From the NCBI GenBank assembly GCA_965213625.1, contig CBDBZU010000004.1:416001-480000 (forward strand): 64,000 nt of DNA, read 5' to 3'. Below are positions 59,314 to 64,000 of this stretch, in pieces. Below the pieces are notes generated by a model. That model was not told where the DNA came from and searched no databases. It saw only the letters and a list, made by a program, of their open reading frames with translations. The translations under genes and the position numbers were made by a program. Origin of the DNA: a bacterium. GTDB lineage: Bacteria; UBA8248. Every line of letters begins with the position of its first letter. The stretch's first letter is position 1.

Positions 59314-60167
59314 GCCCCCATCACCAGAGCGAGTTCGCGCACCAGCTTGGCGGCGGCGACCGCGCTCGCGCCTGTCGGGTCCCACTCAGGGGCGAGTTCC
59401 ACCACGTCGGCGCCGATGACGCGTGCGGACGAGTCGTCGAGAACTCGAATGCAGTCCATGAGCGTATCGAAGCCGGGGCCGCCGGGTTCGGGGCTGCCGG
59501 TTCCGGGCATCTCGCCGGGATTCAAGACGTCGACGTCCATGGTGAGGTATACGGCGCTATCGCCGATTTCTTTCAGGGCGGATTCGACGGCCTCAGGGCT
59601 CATGGGCCGTATGGTGTCGTTCGCGCGCATCCACGCAAACTCCTCGCGCGTGCCGGAACGTATGCCGAACTGGCGAAGTGGACCTATGCCCTCAAGCTCC
59701 AGGATGCGCCGCACCACGCAGGCGTGCGAGAGACGCTCTCCCAGATAGTCATCGCGCAAGTCCGCGTGCGCGTCCCACTGGAAAACGGCCAGACCCGGGA
59801 AAACACCCAACGCCGCTTCCACTATGGGCAGGCTCACCAGATGCTCACCGCCCAGGAACACGGGGCGCTTGCCGGCGCGAAATATCCGTGAGGCTTCGGC
59901 CTTGATGGAATCGAGGACGGCCTGGGTATCGCCTGAAGCGATATCGACGTTGCCTAAGTCGCACAGGGCGGCGTCGCTCAAATCCTTATCGAGATGCGGG
60001 CTGTAGGTTTCGAGACAATCGGATGCCTCTCGTATGGCATCGGGTCCTAAGCGCGCGCCCCGGCGAAAGCTCGCCGTCTCATCGAAGGGGCATCCCAGCA
60101 GAACGACGCGCGAAGATTCAAAAGAGCCCTTGGCGCAGAGAAAACGCGGGCGGACCTCCCCGCCCAT
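59310..60167 (-). CDS. speB: Agmatinase / ureohydrolase
   Basis: GCPFD, GGEH, WDAHADLR, SHAC, DVDVL, PGTGSPEPGG, DVVEL; start overlaps the speE stop. Confidence 0.9.
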   Translation of the reverse strand: MGGEVRPRFLCAKGSFESSRVVLLGCPFDETASFRRGARLGPDAIREASDCLETYSPHLDKDLSDAALCDLGNVDIASGDTQAVLDSIKAEASRIFRAGKRPVFLGGEHLVSLPIVEAALGVFPGLAVFQWDAHADLRDDYLGERLSHACVVRRILELEGIGPLRQFGIRSGTREEFAWMRANDTIRPMSPEAVESALKEIGDSAVYLTMDVDVLNPGEMPGTGSPEPGGPGFDTLMDCIRVLDDSSARVIGADVVELAPEWDPTGASAVAAAKLVRELALVMGA

Positions 60168-61024
60168 CAGCCGAGAATCTCCGCCACGTAGGGGGGATGC
60201 GTGAACGCGGCTTCGTGAATCGCGGGGGAGTAGTAGTGGGTCTTCACGTCCGGCGGCAGCGCTCTCGGCTTCGCGCGGACGTCCGTTCTCTTCGATTTGG
60301 TAGCGAGGGCGAACGACCATATCCCCCCCGGATAGGTCGGCACGTTCGCGAGATAAGTCGCGGTGCCGGGGAACACACGCCGGATGCGCTTCGTGATTCT
60401 GCGCATCCTGTGACCCTCGAACACGGGGCCTTGCGTCTGCGCGGCATAAAGCCCGCCGGGCGCCAATGCGCGCTTGGCCGCACGGAAAAAGGAGACCTGC
60501 GTGAGCGGACTCGCCATGGCGACGGGGTCGGTGGAATCGACCAGGATGACGTCGAACGCCCCTTCCCTCCCCTCGATGAACTTCACCCCGTCTTCTATCC
60601 GCACTTTCACGCGCGGGTCGTCCAGCCCTCCGGCAATGGAGGGAAGATACTCGCGGCAGCAATCCACCACCATCTCATCGATCTCCACCAGCGTGACGCG
60701 CTCGACCGTCTCGTGCCTGAGCGCCTCGCGCACGCAGCCGCCGTCCCCGCCGCCGACGATGAGGACGTTCCTGGGTTCCGGGTGCGCGCACAGGGGCACG
60801 TGTACGAGCATCTCGTGGTAGACGAACTCATCGCGCTCGGTGGTCTGGATGATGCCGTCCAAAAGGAGGACGCGCCCGAAATCCTCGGTCTCCACGAGGG
60901 TGATTTCCTGAAACGCGCTCTTTGCGGAATAGAGGGTGCGCAGCACCTTCATGGTGAGTCCGGTGCCGGGGCCGTGGTACTCGGTGAACCAGGTGGCCGG
61001 CTTTTCGGGCGAGTTTTCCGGCAT
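60167..61024 (-). CDS. speE: Polyamine aminopropyltransferase (spermidine synthase family)
   Basis: LLLDG.IQ, DEFVYHEML, VGGGDGG, VEID, FDVILVDSTDP. Confidence 0.93.
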   Translation of the reverse strand: MPENSPEKPATWFTEYHGPGTGLTMKVLRTLYSAKSAFQEITLVETEDFGRVLLLDGIIQTTERDEFVYHEMLVHVPLCAHPEPRNVLIVGGGDGGCVREALRHETVERVTLVEIDEMVVDCCREYLPSIAGGLDDPRVKVRIEDGVKFIEGREGAFDVILVDSTDPVAMASPLTQVSFFRAAKRALAPGGLYAAQTQGPVFEGHRMRRITKRIRRVFPGTATYLANVPTYPGGIWSFALATKSKRTDVRAKPRALPPDVKTHYYSPAIHEAAFTHPPYVAEILG

Positions 61025-61038
61025 GAAGGGGGCGCGCG

Positions 61039-61506
61039 TCAGTTCCAAAGGATGACTCCCGCGAAGGCGGCGCCAGTATTCACGACGATGTGCTCGGCGG
61101 CGACGCTCCTGATCTCGCGGATCCTCTTTCCGCGAACCTTCATGCCGGCCTCCGCCATCCGCCGGGCTTCCTCCTCCACCTGCTCGCCGGGGGCGTGGTC
61201 GTGAAACTCCATGATGAGGCCGGGGTGCGCCTCGTCTTCGGGCAGGGCGATCGCCACCGCCGCGGTGATCACCTCGCCCGGGTTCGAGGATGTCACCGAA
61301 GCATAGGCCGCCGGCACCAGCGCACCCGGCGGCAGCTCGATAGACGTTACCTCCTCACAATGCGGCGGCAGGATGCTGCTCATGCGCACGAGGTTCGTGT
61401 CTCCAACGCCCGCGCTCAGGAGGGCGGCGTCGAAAGCGTTCAGCTCCGTCACGCCCTCCGCGCACCCGCATGCCATGAAATACTTCGTCGGTGTTGCGAC
61501 GATCAT
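61039..61506 (-). CDS. pdaD: Pyruvoyl-dependent arginine decarboxylase
   Basis: [24 protein letters not shown] with Ser-Ser self-cleavage site. Confidence 0.88.
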   Translation of the reverse strand: MIVATPTKYFMACGCAEGVTELNAFDAALLSAGVGDTNLVRMSSILPPHCEEVTSIELPPGALVPAAYASVTSSNPGEVITAAVAIALPEDEAHPGLIMEFHDHAPGEQVEEEARRMAEAGMKVRGKRIREIRSVAAEHIVVNTGAAFAGVILWN

Positions 61507-61940
61507 CGCTCGCGCCCCTCACCATTTTGAAAAGAAAGGGAGGCCTCCCCTTCCCCGTTCGTTGCGAACGGCGCACTCATGGAAGCCTCGCGCCCTTCGA
61601 TGACGCCGCGCGGCACCTCTTTCGTCTCCACGCGCTTAGGGAGAAGATGCTCCGCCAGATAGCGCACGGCAACATCGCAATCCACCTCGCCGCAGGAGAA
61701 ATAATCCACCGCCGCATAGTTATGCTCGGGCCAGGTATGCACCGCCAGATGGCTTTCCTCCACCACGACCACCCCGCTCACCCCGTGCGGACTGAAGGTG
61801 TGGAACACGCTCTGCACGACGGTGGCCCCGCTCAAGCGCGCGGCCTCGTTCATGAGCCGCTCGATCCGCCCCGGATCGTTCAGGGCATCGGTTCCGCAGT
61901 CGTAAAATTCCGCCAGCAGGTGGCGGCCCAGGGAATTCAA
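61503..61940 (-). CDS. speD: S-adenosylmethionine decarboxylase proenzyme (small class)
   Basis: [38 protein letters not shown]; TTG start after GGAGG. Confidence 0.9.
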   Translation of the reverse strand: MNSLGRHLLAEFYDCGTDALNDPGRIERLMNEAARLSGATVVQSVFHTFSPHGVSGVVVVEESHLAVHTWPEHNYAAVDYFSCGEVDCDVAVRYLAEHLLPKRVETKEVPRGVIEGREASMSAPFATNGEGEASLSFQNGEGRER

Positions 61941-61992
61941 ATCCCAAATCCTCCGTAAGCAAATCGACGAGCCATCCGGAAATCTCCTGAAA

Positions 61993-62586
61993 TCAAAAAC
62001 TCGGAGGCGTGGACACCCACAGGAGCTTCGCGCGCTTCTTGTAGGGGTTCGCCACCCGGTGGTTCCTGTCCGAGGCGAAATAGAACCACTCGCCCTTTTT
62101 CGCCTTGGCGCGCTTCTCCCCGCATGTGACCTGCACCTTGCCCTCGAGAACGAAACCGAACTCCTCGCCCGCGTGCGCGTCCTCATAAATCGACTCACCT
62201 GATTCCATCGTCACCAGCGCAGGCTCCATGTTTCGGTTCGCCGTTCCGGGCACCATGAGATCGAAGGCGCTCACTTCCGCGTAAGTCGCCGCGTGGCGCG
62301 AATCCATCGGCCCGAAGGCGATTCGCCCTTCTTCATGGCCCTGAAAGAAGCGGACGATATCTGTATCCAGCGCTTCCAGGATCTCCAGCAGGCTCTCCAG
62401 CGAGGGCGAGGTGAGGTCGCGCTCGAGCTGTGAGATGAACCCCTTGGTCAGGTTCGAGCGGTGGGCGAGTTCTTCCTGCGTCAAGCCATGCGACCTGCGC
62501 AGGCCCCGTATGCGCGCGCCCACGCGCAGCATGCTCTCGACGGAGCGGCTCATGCCCGTCCTGCTCGGCTTTCCCTCGTGTTCCAT
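61993..62586 (-). CDS. XRE-family HTH plus cupin transcriptional regulator (PuuR-like)
   Basis: LTQEELA.R..LTKGFISQLERDLTSPS; HAGEEFGFVLEG. Confidence 0.9.
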   Translation of the reverse strand: MEHEGKPSRTGMSRSVESMLRVGARIRGLRRSHGLTQEELAHRSNLTKGFISQLERDLTSPSLESLLEILEALDTDIVRFFQGHEEGRIAFGPMDSRHAATYAEVSAFDLMVPGTANRNMEPALVTMESGESIYEDAHAGEEFGFVLEGKVQVTCGEKRAKAKKGEWFYFASDRNHRVANPYKKRAKLLWVSTPPSF

Positions 62587-62698
62587 CGCATCTCCCATCT
62601 GTCCGGTTCGCTTTGCTGCGGAGCGGGAAAACGACTCCGTCCGCGGGCTCCGGCCGCACGACTCCATGCGTTGTGAAGGGGCCGGGCGGTCGAACCGG

Positions 62699-62741
62699 TT
62701 GTTTAGCAAAAGATGCTTTCCAAAATATGTTTCCTAAACAA
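62699..62741. promoter_or_regulatory. Putative operator upstream of the polyamine operon
   Basis: Inverted repeat TTGTTTAG-N27-CTAAACAA in AT-rich upstream DNA. Confidence 0.4.
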
Positions 62742-62843
62742 CAGGGAGGAAATGTATATATTTTATGGGGGCCTGTGTCAATATTTCTCGCCGCGCGGAA
62801 CGCCGCTTTCGGTGACTACTCAGAGTGAGAAAACAAAAAACGC

Positions 62844-63164
62844 CCTCATCCCGAGTAGGCCCGCAAGGGCCGTATCGAGGGACGCCGCCGTAGGGACAGG
62901 TCACGACCTGTCCCTACAGTCCTTGCGGTTTTGTTTGTCATTCCGGCGAAAGCCGGAATCCATTTACGGGTTGGGGTGAAAGAACGACGGCATTTCATTC
63001 CCCACAGATGCGCGAGGACCCTGACAAAGGGCAAAAGGCGAAGAAATGGATTCTGGCTTTCGCCGGAATGACGGCAGTAGTGAATTCCGAGCGTGTAGGG
63101 GACGCATATATGCGTCCCATGGCGGGCGGCGAAAAAGCCGGGTCGCATGGTATGCGACCCCTAC
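62844..63164. repeat. Repeat cluster: half family B (62844-62882), family A REP (62890-62917), family C pair (62937-63072), inverted GTAG-REP doublet (63095-63164)
   Basis: Direct sequence matches and palindromes. Confidence 0.85.
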
Positions 63165-63370
63165 ACCTGTATTGACATACCGAACAAGGGGGGAGTGAAT
63201 CTTCTCTCTCGTCTGTCGATTACATCCACCGAATCTAATAATCAGGACATTCTCAACAACCCCTTTTCGGATGACGAAAGACCGGCGTTTTGTTATTTTA
63301 TGGACGAACCGGCGTCTCATGCGAGGCGCGAACACGTTCACCCGTCAATGCCGTCTTCATGGAGAGAAAA

Positions 63371-63628
63371 ATGGCAGCAAGCATCGAAGTCTACACCACC
63401 GACCCCTGCACCTTCTGTCTGGCCGCGAAGAATTTATTGAAAAAGCGCGGCCTCGAATGGACCGAGCACCTCGTGTTCGGCGGCACGCCCGAATGGGACG
63501 CCATGATCGCGCGCACGGGCGGCAAGTCGGTGCCACAGATCGTCATCGACGATGAGGTCATCGGCGGCTTCCCGCAACTCCAGGCCTACGACAAGGAAGG
63601 CAAGCTGAGCGAACTCGCCGAAGCGTAA
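63371..63628 (+). CDS. Glutaredoxin (Grx3-like)
   Basis: CTFC active site, SVPQI, IGGF. Confidence 0.9.
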   Translation: MAASIEVYTTDPCTFCLAAKNLLKKRGLEWTEHLVFGGTPEWDAMIARTGGKSVPQIVIDDEVIGGFPQLQAYDKEGKLSELAEA

Positions 63629-63636
63629 TATCGCCG

Positions 63637-63675
63637 GGGCCGTCCACGCGAGAATGCGAGGGCGGCCCTTTTTTT
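63637..63675 (+). terminator. Intrinsic terminator after glutaredoxin
   Basis: GGGCCGTCC ... GGGCGGCCC followed by T7. Confidence 0.7.
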
Positions 63676-63793
63676 CGCCTGATTCCGGCCCGGCGGCGTT
63701 TCACCGAATCGCGAAAGAAGATACCCTGCCCACTCACCGACATTACACGCAGCCGCCCTGTGAGGCGCGGCTTTGATCCGGGAGGAAACCACC

Positions 63794-64000
63794 ATGCCGC
63801 TCATGAGCCCCGAAGAATACAAGCGAAGCCTGAATGACGGCCGCGTCGTCTACTACCGGGGCGAGCGCGTGGAGGACGTGGCCGCCCACCCCGTCATTGG
63901 TATTGCGGTCGATCACGCCGCCATCGACTACGAGATGGCCGAAGACGAGGCGGACAAGGAACTTGCGCTCGTCGACGGCCCGGACGGCCCCTACTCGCGC
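63794..64000 (+). CDS. 5' part of an HpaB/4-hydroxybutyryl-CoA dehydratase-family flavoprotein; runs off the window end
   Basis: RBS GGAGG; MPLMSPEEYKRSLNDGRVVYYRGERVEDVAAHP pattern. Confidence 0.8.
   Translation, partial: MPLMSPEEYKRSLNDGRVVYYRGERVEDVAAHPVIGIAVDHAAIDYEMAEDEADKELALVDGPDGPYSR

Noticed and set aside
59310-60662. 450-aa agmatinase as given in the ORF track (and the 231-aa SpeD)
   Set aside because: The N-terminal extensions overlap upstream genes in another frame; the real starts are 60167 and 61940

Overview
GC-rich bacterial chromosomal segment (taxon cannot be determined from the sequence) with about 55 genes and one tRNA-Pro(TGG). It is dominated by solute uptake (TRAP, TAXI-TRAP, tripartite tricarboxylate, Aap-type and NMT1-type ABC, SulP, MFS) and catabolic clusters of unknown substrate. 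It also carries housekeeping genes (gpsA, citrate synthase, lhgO, mlaA, glutaredoxin) and a complete polyamine operon. The main hidden signal is two genes that the ORF track splits at in-frame TGA codons and that are probably selenoproteins: a UGSC-family protein with a variant U-G-S-S motif (31550-32155, in an operon with a CoA-transferase, a crotonase and an uncharacterised partner) and an AhpD/CMD-like protein with C-K-Y-U and a clear SECIS-like hairpin (49095-49781). Intergenic DNA contains several palindromic REP-like families, some nested inside MITE-like terminal inverted repeats, and a tandem-repeat locus at 1820-2400. Isolated AT-richer accessory genes are also present (KAP NTPase, a toxin-antitoxin pair, a GWGSL-motif protein, a truncated STAS-like gene). 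All calls rest on motif recognition by eye; no database searches were run.
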